A DNA stretch of 64,000 bases from an uncultured delta proteobacterium (GTDB taxonomy: Bacteria; Desulfobacterota; Binatia; UBA9968), in contig CAVUZH010000001.1 of assembly GCA_963745835.1 (NCBI GenBank), positions 101,706-165,705 on the forward strand, written 5' to 3'. The position numbers and the translations under genes were made by a program. Under the pieces are notes generated by a model, which had not been told where the DNA came from, did not search any database, and worked only from the letters and a program-made list of their open reading frames with translations. This document shows, one piece after another, positions 1 to 10,442 of this stretch. Positions within the stretch are counted from its first letter, which is position 1. Each line of letters begins with the position of its first letter.

Positions 1-12
1 GAGGGGACGGAT

Positions 13-276
13 ATGACTTCGGCAAGCCCAGCCAGCATGGAAGAGATTTACCCGTGGTTAGTCGACATATTGCATGACATGTTCGATCTGGATAAGGCGA
101 AGATCACCGGTGAAGCGAACTTGTACACGGATCTGGACATCGACAGCATCGATGCTGTCGATCTCGCCGTCAAGCTCAAGCAACTTACCGGCAAGCGGCT
201 GCAACCAGAAGTGTTTAAAAGCGTTCGCACGGTTCAGGACGTTGTGAACGCTCTCGCCGGCCTGCTCGTGAAATAG
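13..276 (+). CDS. Acyl carrier protein of the aryl polyene cluster (ApeE/ApeF-like)
   Basis: 87 aa acidic protein with DLDIDSIDAVDL phosphopantetheine-Ser motif; GAGGGG RBS upstream. Confidence 0.93.
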   Translation: MTSASPASMEEIYPWLVDILHDMFDLDKAKITGEANLYTDLDIDSIDAVDLAVKLKQLTGKRLQPEVFKSVRTVQDVVNALAGLLVK

Positions 277-279
277 CAG

Positions 280-831
280 GTGCGTCGCCTCTCAACGTTA
301 TGGTCCCTGTCAATCATGGTTCTCTACCCTTTCGCCATCTGGTTGGGTCATGGGCAAGTCGAACCGCGGTTTCTTGCCGGCCTGCTACTACTTGCCGCTT
401 TCATGAGATTGCCTGCGATGAGAGCCGGTTTCGCCGGAATCGGTTGGCTGGTGGGGACGCTGTTGCTTTCTCTTATTGCGTTGTGGGGTAACCATTTCCT
501 GACGCTAAAACTTTATCCTGTGTTGGTGAATGCAGCAATGCTAAGCGTTTTCACTTATAGCCTTCTTTTCCCTCCATCTATGGTCGAGCAGTTCGCGCGC
601 CGGCTGGACCCCGACCTAACGCCACAAAGCGTCACCTATACTCGCCGTGTGACACAGGTCTGGTGCGTGTTCTTTGCTCTGAACGGCGGGGTCGCGCTTG
701 TTACTGCGCTGTGGGCCTCTGCGGCCACCTGGTCACTTTACAATGGGTTTGTAGCTTATCTGCTCATGGGAGTTCTCTTCGCTGGTGAATATGGGATTCG
801 GTGTAACTTCAAGCGGCGACTCAATGGCTGA
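280..831 (+). CDS. Integral membrane protein of APE clusters (ApeG/COG4648-like)
   Basis: Multiple hydrophobic segments; LKLYPVLVN, YTRRVTQVWCVFF and WSLYNG motifs; follows the ACP. Confidence 0.8.
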   Translation: MRRLSTLWSLSIMVLYPFAIWLGHGQVEPRFLAGLLLLAAFMRLPAMRAGFAGIGWLVGTLLLSLIALWGNHFLTLKLYPVLVNAAMLSVFTYSLLFPPSMVEQFARRLDPDLTPQSVTYTRRVTQVWCVFFALNGGVALVTALWASAATWSLYNGFVAYLLMGVLFAGEYGIRCNFKRRLNG

Positions 832-2552
832 AGCGCTAGACATGTTGAGTGTCGCTGTCACGCCGCGCCCGCTCAGCCAAATCATCGCATGGCGGCGTCA
901 GCGATCCGTAAGCTATGGAGAATTTTTGGATCGCACTCGCGCATGGCAGCGGTTGTTGACTCGAACCTCGGGGCAAACCTTCGCTCTTTCTATTAGCGAC
1001 GCCGCCGAGTTTGCCGCCGCCCTGTTCGGCGCTTGGCAGGCAAGAAAAACGATTTATCTGCCGGGTGATCGCCTGCCACGTACCTGCTCCGCATTGCGTA
1101 CAATCGTCGATGGCTATTTGGGCGAATTTGCGCCCGAATGGAAGCCCCGGATGCCGACATCCGCGGACGGGTTGGCAGCTGCTGCTGAGTTGAAGCCTCT
1201 GGACTCAAACTTTGCCGGATTAGTTATCTATACTTCCGGCAGTACCGGCGTGGCGCAAGCAATACCGAAAAAGCTCTCCCAGATGTCGGCTGAGGTAGCC
1301 ACTCTTGAGGCCCAGTTCGGCGATGTTATCGATGACGCCGACATTGTCGCCACCGTCTCGCATCAGCATATTTATGGATTGCTGTTTAATGTTTTATGGC
1401 CGCTTAGCGCCGGGCGTGCTTTTGCCGCCATAAATTTCGGTTCTTTAGAGGGATTGACGATGGCGCTCGCCCAACGTGAATCCGTTTTGGTTTCCACCCC
1501 TGCTCATTTGCAAAGATTACCAGAGAGTTCGCTTTGGGCGCTTGCTGCAAAACGGCTTCGAGCAGTTTTTTCATCCGGCGGCCCTTTACCGCTGGCTGTC
1601 GCCCGCGAAACTAGGCGATTACTCACGCACATGCCAATTGAGGTTTACGGCAGTTCTGAAACCGGCGGTATCGCATGGCGCCAGCAACAGACGGCACACG
1701 ACGAAAAATGGACCCCTCTGCCAAACATCAAATGGCGCATCGATGCCAAGGAAGGCGTGCTCGAAATTCGTTCAGCGCATTTACCGGATGAAGAGTGGTT
1801 TCGAACTGCTGATCGGGCGAAACCCGCCGGAGAAGACCATTTCATTCTCATGGGCCGTGTTGATCGAATTGTCAAAGTCGAAGGCAAGCGGATTTCACTG
1901 AACGCCATTGAAGAGCGCCTAACAGCATCGCCGCTGGTGCGCGCCGCCAGAGCCCTGGTTCTCGATGGTCGTCGTCAACGAGTTGCCGCTGTCATTATGC
2001 CGTCGGTAAGCGGGCGCGCACAGATTGGCGCAACTTGGCAAATTGGTTTTCAATCGCATGCTGCGCGATTTTCTGCGCGAGACCATTGAGCCGGTGGGCT
2101 TGCCACGACTTTGGCGCTATGTCGATGCTCTGCCGATTGACGCACAGGGCAAGATTACCCAAGCCGCGCTCGTCGCATTATTTGACAATTGGGATAGCCG
2201 TCCAAGACAACCCATCGAATGCCGAGTGCATCAAAGCGATCAGCACGCCGTCTTTGAGTTAATCGCGCCAAGTGATTTGCTCTACTTCGACGGACATTTT
2301 CGTGACATGCCGATCCTCGCAGGTGTGGTCCAGATCGAATGGATCATTGCCTTTGGTCGGCAATGCTTTAATTTGCCACCCTTCTTTCGTGCCATACACG
2401 CGCTGAAATTTCACCGGGTGATTTCGCCGAAATTGCCGATCACGCTCGAACTGACGCATGATCCGTTGAAGTCATGCTTATCTTTCAACATCAGCTCTCA
2501 CCTCGGGCCGCATGCCAGCGGGCGAATTATCTTTAGAGCAGGCGATGTTTAA
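824..2552 (+). CDS. AMP-dependent acyl-ACP ligase fused to a hotdog dehydratase domain (ApeH-ApeI-like); apparent frameshift near 2024
   Basis: YTSGSTG, YGSSETGG and GRVDRIVK adenylation motifs in 785..2089; the 2025..2552 frame continues with PRLWRYVDALP..GK and YFDGHF..PILAGVVQI (FabA/Z-like). Confidence 0.85.
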
Positions 2553-3285
2553 CCCGTGCGTCGTGATCCCCATTTTTGACCACGAGGGAACAGTGAGCGC
2601 GGCAGTCGAGGGAGTTCTTACCCAAAATCTCCCATGCGTGCTCGTCGATGACGGAAGCTCGAACAAGTGCTCCGGCGCGCTGAATGAGATCGCCCTGGCG
2701 TCTCCGCATATCACTTTGCTGCGTCATCCGATCAATCGCGGCAAGGGCGGCGCTGTGCTCACCGGACTGCGATATGCGGCTGAGGCGGGTTATACCCATG
2801 CGGTGCAAGTCGATGCCGATGGGCAGCACCGGATTGCGGATATTCCACGTTTTCTCGAGCAAGCCTTAATGCATCCTGACGCGCTGATTGTCGGGTACCC
2901 GGAGTACGATAGCACGGTGCCGGTGTTGCGGCTCTATGCTCGTTACTTGACCACCATCTGGGTTTCGATCAATACCTTGTCCCGACAAATCAAAGATTCG
3001 ATGTGCGGCTTCCGCGTCTATCCTCTCGGTCCGGTGATCGCGCTCGATCAGCGGATCCGGTTGGGCACACGGATGGATTTCGATACCGAAGTGCTGGTCC
3101 GGCTATATTGGGATGGGCTGCAGATTCTCAATGTCTCCACCCCGGTCATTTATCCGGCGGATGGAATCTCGCATTTCCGTGGCTTCATGGATAATGCGCT
3201 GCTCTCGCGTATGCACGCAACGTTGTTTTTTGGAATGTTGCTGCGTCTGCCCATATTGATTGCCCGCAAGTGGAGCGCGCGATGA
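2545..3285 (+). CDS. Glycosyltransferase family 2 (ApeJ N-terminal half)
   Basis: VVIP, VDDGS, NRGKGGA, DADGQH and DSMCGFRVYPL motifs. Confidence 0.9.
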   Translation: MFNPCVVIPIFDHEGTVSAAVEGVLTQNLPCVLVDDGSSNKCSGALNEIALASPHITLLRHPINRGKGGAVLTGLRYAAEAGYTHAVQVDADGQHRIADIPRFLEQALMHPDALIVGYPEYDSTVPVLRLYARYLTTIWVSINTLSRQIKDSMCGFRVYPLGPVIALDQRIRLGTRMDFDTEVLVRLYWDGLQILNVSTPVIYPADGISHFRGFMDNALLSRMHATLFFGMLLRLPILIARKWSAR

Positions 3286-4238
3286 GCCAAATCATTGCCG
3301 GTCGCCGTATACGGCACTGGGCTCAGATCAATGAGTGCAGCTTCGTCGCCGGGATTTACCTGTTGTTCTGGATTATTCGCGTTTTCGGACGATGGCCATT
3401 GCGGGCTGCGCTTTATCCGGTGGTGCTGTGGTACATGATGACCCGACCTGCAGCCAGGGCTGCATCGAAAGACTACTTGAGGCGATTGGCGCAGTCCGGA
3501 GGGGAAATATTTCTGAAACCGGGTGTCTTCAGCGTCTTCCGCCACTTTGCCTCCTTTGCCGAAAGCATTCTCGAAAAGATGCTCCTGTGGAGCGGCTTGT
3601 ATGAAACTGATCAGGTTAAATTCGTCGGTAAGGAGTTGATCATGGCGCAAACTGCCACGCAAAGCGGTGGTTTGCTGATTTGTTGTCACCTGGGAAATTT
3701 GGAATTGAGTCGTTTCCTTTCCAAGCAGATACCCGGTCTCAAATTGACAGTGCTGATCCATACCAAACACGCGCAGCGATTCAATCAACTGTTGGCGCAT
3801 CTTAATCCCGAGAGCCAGGTGGACCTCATGCAGGTCACGGAACTTTCGCCGGCCACTGCAATTGTCCTCGCAAGGAAAGTGGCCCAGGGAGAATTTGTCG
3901 CTATAGCCGGTGACCGCATTCCGGTATCACCCCATCCGCGTGTTGCCCTGGCCGAGTTTCTCGGAACGGTGGCGCCATTTCCGGTCGGACCGTACATTCT
4001 TGCAAACTTGTTCCACTGCCCTGTGTACTTGATGTTTTCCATGAGTCACGGAGTCACGGCGGAAATTCACTTCGAACTGTTTCATCAGGCCATCCGCTTG
4101 CCGCGTAAAGACCGTGATCAGGCGCTTGCTCGCATAGCGACAGAGTATGCCGGGCGGCTTGAACATTTCTGCCGGTGCGCGCCGCTGCAATGGTTTAACT
4201 TTTACGATTTCTGGAGCCTGGCCACCGTAGACAATTGA
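3282..4238 (+). CDS. Lipid A-type (LpxL/HtrB family) acyltransferase (ApeJ C-terminal half)
   Basis: HLGNLE (HX4E), AGDR and C-terminal PLQWFNFYDFW motifs. Confidence 0.85.
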   Translation: MSQIIAGRRIRHWAQINECSFVAGIYLLFWIIRVFGRWPLRAALYPVVLWYMMTRPAARAASKDYLRRLAQSGGEIFLKPGVFSVFRHFASFAESILEKMLLWSGLYETDQVKFVGKELIMAQTATQSGGLLICCHLGNLELSRFLSKQIPGLKLTVLIHTKHAQRFNQLLAHLNPESQVDLMQVTELSPATAIVLARKVAQGEFVAIAGDRIPVSPHPRVALAEFLGTVAPFPVGPYILANLFHCPVYLMFSMSHGVTAEIHFELFHQAIRLPRKDRDQALARIATEYAGRLEHFCRCAPLQWFNFYDFWSLATVDN

Positions 4239-5795
4239 ATGGAGAGCATTGGCGTCAAGAAAACGATCCGCACTATCCGATTCAACATGGATTGGGTGAA
4301 GATCGAAGACATCGTTGATGTTGCCGACGGATTAGCCCGGCCCATATTGTGCCAAGCGCCGGAGTTCCGCTCGGCTATTGCTCGGGGCGCGGAGTTTGTC
4401 GACCGGCTCCTACTTGAAGACGGCAGGATTTACGGCGTGACAACGGGTTTTGGCGATTCATGTATGGTGACGGTCGGGAGTGAATTAGCGGACGAGTTAC
4501 CGCGCCACCTTTATACTTATCACGGTTGCGGCCTCGGGGCGTATCTCACACGGGCGCAAACCCGCGCAGTGATTGCGACCCGTCTGACGTCTCTATGTAA
4601 AGGGTTTTCCGGCGTTAGTGTCGAATTGTTGGAGCAAATGGTGCGCTTGCTGCACGCCGATCTGTTACCGAGAATTCCATCCGAAGGTTCAGTCGGCGCC
4701 AGCGGTGATCTGACGCCGCTCTCGTATCTAGCTGGCGTACTCTGCGGCGAAGGGGAAGTGTGGCGGGAAGGCGCTGCGGCATCCGCGGCCGTGGCTTTGG
4801 CTAAGGCCGGAATCGCGCCGTTAAGGCTGCGGCCGAAAGAAGCTCTCGCGATCATGAATGGCACCGCGGTGATGACGGCTTTGGCATGTCTCGCTTACTC
4901 CCGCGCCGAGTATCTAAGCCGGTTGGTGACTCGGGTGACCGCCCTGGCCTCGTTTGCTCTAGACGGCAATGCCTATCACTTTGACGAAACACTATTCTCA
5001 GTCAAACCTCATCGGGGGCAGCAGCGGATAGCCGCATGGCTGCGCGCGGATTTATTATGCGACGAACCAGCGCGCAACGGCAGGCGCCTTCAGGACCGCT
5101 ATTCGATTCGCTGTGCACCCCACGTCATCGGCGTGCTGGCCGATGCCTTACCGTGGCTGCGCGAGTCTATCGAGAACGAACTGAACAGCGCCAACGACAA
5201 TCCGATCATAGATGCGGCCGGTGAACGGGTTTTGTACGGTGGTCACTTCTATGGCGGTCACATTGCGTTCGCAATGGACAGCATGAAAAACGCGGTCGCT
5301 AATCTGGCCGATCTTCTTGACCGGCAAATGGCGCTCCTGGTGGACAGTCGTTTCAACAACGGCTTGCCCGCCAATCTGTCCGGCATCGAGGGACCGCGTC
5401 TGGCGATTAATCATGGGCTCAAGGCGCTGCAGATCAGCGCTTCGGCATGGACGGCGGAAGCACTAAAGCTGACCATGCCGGCTTCGGTCTTTTCGCGTTC
5501 CACCGAGTGTCACAATCAAGACAAGGTCAGCATGGGGACGATCGCAGCACGCGATTGCCTGCGCGTCTTGGAATTGACCGAGCAAGTTGTCGCGGCGCTG
5601 CTGATCACAGTCCGCCAGGGTGTCTGGCTTCGCCGCAGATTGAATCCCTCTGCGAAACTGCAACCGGCGCTACAGAGAATGCTGCACGATCTGGAGAACG
5701 ACATTGCCGCCATCGAGGAAGACCGACGGCTGGAGCCGGACTTGCGATTCCTTTTGGAGCGCATCCACAGTCAAGCATGGAACCTATATGAATAA
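4239..5795 (+). CDS. MIO-dependent aromatic amino acid ammonia-lyase (HAL/TAL/PAL family)
   Basis: YGVTTGFG, GSVGASGDL (ASG MIO triad), QDRYSIRC, NDNP and HNQDKVSMG motifs. Confidence 0.93.
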   Translation: MESIGVKKTIRTIRFNMDWVKIEDIVDVADGLARPILCQAPEFRSAIARGAEFVDRLLLEDGRIYGVTTGFGDSCMVTVGSELADELPRHLYTYHGCGLGAYLTRAQTRAVIATRLTSLCKGFSGVSVELLEQMVRLLHADLLPRIPSEGSVGASGDLTPLSYLAGVLCGEGEVWREGAAASAAVALAKAGIAPLRLRPKEALAIMNGTAVMTALACLAYSRAEYLSRLVTRVTALASFALDGNAYHFDETLFSVKPHRGQQRIAAWLRADLLCDEPARNGRRLQDRYSIRCAPHVIGVLADALPWLRESIENELNSANDNPIIDAAGERVLYGGHFYGGHIAFAMDSMKNAVANLADLLDRQMALLVDSRFNNGLPANLSGIEGPRLAINHGLKALQISASAWTAEALKLTMPASVFSRSTECHNQDKVSMGTIAARDCLRVLELTEQVVAALLITVRQGVWLRRRLNPSAKLQPALQRMLHDLENDIAAIEEDRRLEPDLRFLLERIHSQAWNLYE

Positions 5796-6216
5796 GGCAT
5801 CGAGCCGCTGGATTGCCGAGACCGAGACACACATAGAGTTCTTCGATCTCGATCCCATGGAAATCGTTTGGCATGGTCGTTACGTCAAGTACCTGGAGAT
5901 GGTTCGCGGCGTCTTGCTCGATACCATCGATTACAATTACCGGCAGATGAAGGCATCGGGTTACGTCTGGCCGGTGATCGATATGCACCTGCGTTACGTC
6001 GCTCCGGCGATCTTGGGCCAGCGAATTAAGCTCCGGGCGGAAATCCTCGAATGGGAAAATCGGCTTAAGATCGGTTACCTCATCACCGATGCGCAGAGCG
6101 GTCGCCGTCTCACCCGCGCCAGCACCACACAAGTCGCCGTCGATATCGCCACCCGCGAGATGTGCTTCGTATCGCCGCGGGTGCTTCTTGAACGAATGGG
6201 AATTGCGGCTTGTTAA
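5788..6216 (+). CDS. Acyl-CoA thioesterase, 4-hydroxybenzoyl-CoA thioesterase family (ApeK-like)
   Basis: FFDLDPMEIVWHGRYVKYLE hotdog motif. Confidence 0.88.
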   Translation: MNKASSRWIAETETHIEFFDLDPMEIVWHGRYVKYLEMVRGVLLDTIDYNYRQMKASGYVWPVIDMHLRYVAPAILGQRIKLRAEILEWENRLKIGYLITDAQSGRRLTRASTTQVAVDIATREMCFVSPRVLLERMGIAAC

Positions 6217-6815
6217 GAAAGAAGCTCATCGGGTTTTGTTTTGTTGTGTGCTCGCTGCCGCTTCTCGGCGCTGCGCCCTTGGCGACCATCGAGTCCATGC
6301 TTCTCAAACCGGCGGTCCTGTGCGGCCGCTTTGAGCAAAAAAAGCAGCTAGTCGGTTTGAAAAATCCGGTGAACTCTAGCGGTCGCTTCTGTGTGGTTGC
6401 CGATAAGGGCGTATTGTGGCGCACGCTACGGCCGTTTCCTAATACCTTGCGGTTGACCCCTGATGAGATCGTCCAGATGCGCGGAGATCAGGTGGCGCTG
6501 CGTCTTGAAGCCAAGAAAGAGCCTACCGTGCGGCTGATCAATACGGTTTTGTTTGCCTTGCTCGCCGGCGATATCGGGCAGCTTGAAAAGCTCTTCGAAA
6601 TCGACGGCTCAGTTCAAAATAAGGCGTGGAGCATAACGCTCAAAGCGCTTGAACCGGGTTTGGCCAAGGCCATCAACAGCGTCGCGCTCAAAGGCGGCGT
6701 CTATGTCAGAGGCATTACAATCGATGAAGCTAACGGCGATCGCACGAGCATCGACTTGATGGCAATCGAGACCGGCGACAGCGCCATGAATGTTGATGAG
6801 GCCAAGCTATTTTGA
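6210..6815 (+). CDS. LolA-like periplasmic lipid carrier (ApeL-like)
   Basis: Signal peptide, GRFEQKK...SSGRF...GVLWRT..PF motif and position in the APE cluster. Confidence 0.82.
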   Translation: MLRKKLIGFCFVVCSLPLLGAAPLATIESMLLKPAVLCGRFEQKKQLVGLKNPVNSSGRFCVVADKGVLWRTLRPFPNTLRLTPDEIVQMRGDQVALRLEAKKEPTVRLINTVLFALLAGDIGQLEKLFEIDGSVQNKAWSITLKALEPGLAKAINSVALKGGVYVRGITIDEANGDRTSIDLMAIETGDSAMNVDEAKLF

Positions 6816-9196
6816 CTCAGCTAAAGCTGCTGGCATGGCTCTGGAGTCTGGTGGTCTGCTTGCTCGTGGTTCATACCTCGTATCTCTGGCTGAACCAGGG
6901 GATTGCCCCGGAGACCGATATTTTGGCGCTTCTGCCGCTTCAACAACGCGATCCCGTACTGCAGCAAGCCTTTACTCAGATGGTTGATACGGGACAGCAG
7001 CGGTTGATCGTCCTGATTGGCGCGGGTGATTGGATGCAAGCGCGAGATGCGGCTGACGCGTACGTCTCGGAGTTGTCGCCTCATAACGATCTGCTGCAGT
7101 TGGAGCAGCGCGCCACGTTTGATTCACGGCAAGAGTGGCTTGGATTGTTCCGACAACATCGGCTGGCCTTGCTGACACCCGAGCAAAAATCGGCATTACG
7201 TGACGAGCCGACGCAGTTTTGGGTAGACCAGGCCTTGAGCAACCTCTATAGGCCGTTTGGCGGCTCGATCCTAAGTCCCTGGCACGATGATCCATTTAAT
7301 TTGTTTGGCGAATGGGCCCAGGCCCGCGCCCAAGAGACGACGGTGCGGCCACGTGACGGTCGGTTGTCTATCAGTGACGACCGGCGCGAATATGTCGTTC
7401 TGCCGTTCACGTTGCGAGTTGCTGCTTTTTCAACGGCCGCTCAGCAGGCGATCGTTCCGCTACTCCAAAAAGCCAAGCACAGCGCGCGCAAGGCCGTTCC
7501 CGGCGTTGAAGTTTTGTCGGCGGGTGTGATCCTGTATGCCGCCGCTGCGGCCGAGCAGTCAATGGGAGAAGTCGGCACCATCGGGTTTGGCTCGATCCTC
7601 GGCATCATTGTGATGACCTGGATCGCATTTCGTTCGTTAAAGCCGATAGCCTGGGTGATTGTTTCGGTGGCTATCGGTTGCCTAGGCGCTTTATCGGTCT
7701 GCTGGGTGATTTTCGATCGCATCCACCTATTGACCCTGGTATTCGGCGCCAGTCTGATCGGTGGCGCCCAGGATTATGGAACCTATTTTCTATGCAACCG
7801 ATTCGCCGCGGATGCGCGTCAACTTAACTCATGGCAATTACTGCGTCGGCTCATGCCGGCGCTGACTTTGGCTTTGGCAACGACGGTGATTGGCTATCTC
7901 GGCCTTGCGTTGACGCCATTTCCGGGTTTGCGACAAGTGGCGGTATTTTCCGCAGTCGGGTTGGTTTTCGCATGGCTTACTGTGATCTGTTGGTTCCCGG
8001 CTTTGGTGTGGCGTGGCACATTTAACAGTGGACGGTTGACCGAAAAGTACGCTGACACGATGCAGCACTGGCCGGTGCTGCGTTGCGATCGAGGGACGCT
8101 GGCGTTTGGTTTATTAGCGGTCGCTTTGGCGGCTTTCGGCTTATCACGGCTCCATACAGACGATGATATCCGTTCGCTGCAGAATCCGCCCAAACATCTG
8201 GTCGACGAGCAGATCAAGCTCAGCCAACTGCTGGACGTCCCCGCGCCGGCTCAATTCTATTTAGTTCGAGGGCCCACAGCCGAGGCGGTGCTTCAGCGCG
8301 AGGAAGTGCTAAGAGAACGGCTTGAGCCCATGATCGAAAAGCGCCTGATCAGCGGCTATCAGGCACTATCGAATTGGGTGCCTTCTTTGCACGTCCAGGG
8401 CGAGCACCGGCAACTTATTCAAAACAAACTTCTGAATGACGGCGGCGCGCTCAACCTGCTGGCAAGAAAACTCGGGGAAGACGACAAATGGGTGTCCCGG
8501 TCCCGTGAAGCCCTGCTTGCATCCGCTTTGCCTCTTTCACCCGAAAATTTTTTTAAATCGCCGATCGCTGAACCCAGCCGTCCCATCTGGCTCGGCAATC
8601 TGAACGGCATATACGCCAGCATCGTCGGGGTGCGGGGAGCGAAGAAAGATAACCTAGCGATTCTGCAGCAAGCCGCCAGCGGCCTCGAAGGAGTTCAGTG
8701 GGTGGACAAAGTCAGTGAAGTTTCGTCCGTCCTAGCGGCTTACCGCCAATACATGACTTGGCTCGTGGTATTTTCCTATCTTGCCGTTTACGGCTTGCTC
8801 TACCCGCGCTATCGCCGCGACACCTGGCGAGTAGTCGCCCCAACAGCAATCGCGAGTCTGGCTACCCTTGCGCTGCTGGGCAGTGTTGGCGCGGGTCTGC
8901 AGTTGTTCCATGTGCTCGCACTAATGCTCCTACTGGGCATTGGCATCGATTACGGGATTTTTTTGCAAGAGCATTTCGGCCGGCGCGATGCCATCGCCTG
9001 GCTCTCGGTGGCGCTTTCGGCAATCAACACATTGCTTTCATTCGGCCTGCTCAGTTTAAGCAAGACTCCTGCTTTGCAAGCTTTTGGCCTGACCATGTTG
9101 ATCGGAACAGTCACCGTGTGTCTGGTCGTCCCCTGTTTTACTGTTGCAGCAACAGATAATGAGATTCCAACCGAGCGGCTTGGGGTCACCGTATGA
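6812..9196 (+). CDS. MMPL/RND family exporter (ApeM-like)
   Basis: Two TM bundles with FGASLIGGAQDY and LLGIGIDY motifs, large periplasmic loops. Confidence 0.88.
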   Translation: MTQLKLLAWLWSLVVCLLVVHTSYLWLNQGIAPETDILALLPLQQRDPVLQQAFTQMVDTGQQRLIVLIGAGDWMQARDAADAYVSELSPHNDLLQLEQRATFDSRQEWLGLFRQHRLALLTPEQKSALRDEPTQFWVDQALSNLYRPFGGSILSPWHDDPFNLFGEWAQARAQETTVRPRDGRLSISDDRREYVVLPFTLRVAAFSTAAQQAIVPLLQKAKHSARKAVPGVEVLSAGVILYAAAAAEQSMGEVGTIGFGSILGIIVMTWIAFRSLKPIAWVIVSVAIGCLGALSVCWVIFDRIHLLTLVFGASLIGGAQDYGTYFLCNRFAADARQLNSWQLLRRLMPALTLALATTVIGYLGLALTPFPGLRQVAVFSAVGLVFAWLTVICWFPALVWRGTFNSGRLTEKYADTMQHWPVLRCDRGTLAFGLLAVALAAFGLSRLHTDDDIRSLQNPPKHLVDEQIKLSQLLDVPAPAQFYLVRGPTAEAVLQREEVLRERLEPMIEKRLISGYQALSNWVPSLHVQGEHRQLIQNKLLNDGGALNLLARKLGEDDKWVSRSREALLASALPLSPENFFKSPIAEPSRPIWLGNLNGIYASIVGVRGAKKDNLAILQQAASGLEGVQWVDKVSEVSSVLAAYRQYMTWLVVFSYLAVYGLLYPRYRRDTWRVVAPTAIASLATLALLGSVGAGLQLFHVLALMLLLGIGIDYGIFLQEHFGRRDAIAWLSVALSAINTLLSFGLLSLSKTPALQAFGLTMLIGTVTVCLVVPCFTVAATDNEIPTERLGVTV

Positions 9197-9221
9197 GAGT
9201 GGCTGGCTTACGGGAGAAACG

Positions 9222-10442
9222 TTGAAGAAGGTGGAAGTTGTCATCATCGGTGCCGGTCCGGCCGGATCCGTAGCGGCGGCGTTGCTGCGCCAGCAGGGCC
9301 GGCAAGTTCTAATGCTCGAGCGCGAGCAGTTCCCGCGCTTCAGCATCGGTGAGAGTTTACTGCCGCAGAGCATGGAGTACCTCGAGCAGGGCGGTATGCT
9401 GCGTGCCGTAGTTGAGGCCGGTTTTCAGTTGAAGAACGGCGCCGCTTTCGCGCGCGACCGGCAATACAGCGAATTCGATTTCAGCGAGAAATACTCACCC
9501 GGCTGGAGCACTACCTATCAGGTGCCGCGAGCTCGCTTTGATCATTTGCTGGCTCTAGAGGCAGAGGCTCAGGGTGCCGAAGTAAGCTACCGCCACGAAG
9601 TAGTCGCTATCGATGTCAGCGGCAACCGGCCTCGGGTGAAAGTTCAGGATCCAGAGGGCGAAGATTATCTTGTCGAAGCAAGTTTCATTCTGGACGCCAG
9701 CGGTTTCGGGCGGATTCTACCGCGCCTGCTGAAACTAGAGACGCCGTCAAATTTTCCCGTGCGTGGCGCCATATTCACGCATATCGAAGACCGGATCACA
9801 CACTCAGAGTTTGACCGCAATAAGATACGGGTGATAGTTCACCCGCAACGTCCCGACGTGTGGTTTTGGTTGATCCCGTTTGCCGCCGGCCGCTGTTCTC
9901 TGGGGGTCGTGACTGAACCCGCTTTGCTCGAGCGTTATCCGGGAACGGATACGCAGCGATTGCAGGACTTGATCCGCGAAGACCGTACCTTGGCCAATCT
10001 GCTTGAAAATGCCTGTTGGGATACCCCGGCGCGACGCATCGTTGGTTATTCGGCCAACGTCAAATCGTTATCGGGTCCAGGTTACGCCCTGCTCGGTAAT
10101 GCTGGAGAGTTTCTCGATCCGATTTTTTCGTCCGGGGTTACGATCGCTTTCAAATCGGCGAGCCTTGCCGCCGCAGTCCTGCAGCGTCGCTTCGCCGGCG
10201 AGACGGTCGACTGGTCTAGCGAATACGCTGTGCCGCTCAAAATAGGCGTCGATACCTTCCGGGCTTTTGTCGAATCTTGGTATCGCGGAGGCTTTCAGCG
10301 GATCGTTTTCCACGACAATCAACCCGTGGAAATTCGGCGCATGATATCGGCGATCCTCGCCGGATACGCTTGGGATGAAAGTAATCCTTACGTGCGCGAG
10401 CCGAGACGGCGATTGGCGGCATTGGAGGAGTTGTGCTCGTAG
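9222..10442 (+). CDS. FAD-dependent halogenase-family oxidoreductase
   Basis: GAGPAG FAD motif, FPRFSIGES, WFWLIP (WxWxIP) and FLDPIFSSG; TTG start at 9222 chosen for its GGGAG RBS. Confidence 0.85.
   Translation: MKKVEVVIIGAGPAGSVAAALLRQQGRQVLMLEREQFPRFSIGESLLPQSMEYLEQGGMLRAVVEAGFQLKNGAAFARDRQYSEFDFSEKYSPGWSTTYQVPRARFDHLLALEAEAQGAEVSYRHEVVAIDVSGNRPRVKVQDPEGEDYLVEASFILDASGFGRILPRLLKLETPSNFPVRGAIFTHIEDRITHSEFDRNKIRVIVHPQRPDVWFWLIPFAAGRCSLGVVTEPALLERYPGTDTQRLQDLIREDRTLANLLENACWDTPARRIVGYSANVKSLSGPGYALLGNAGEFLDPIFSSGVTIAFKSASLAAAVLQRRFAGETVDWSSEYAVPLKIGVDTFRAFVESWYRGGFQRIVFHDNQPVEIRRMISAILAGYAWDESNPYVREPRRRLAALEELCS

Noticed and set aside
3150-3800. Long antisense ORFs (also 22113-22949 and 60953-61654)
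   Set aside because: Shadow frames of well-supported genes, expected in GC-rich DNA
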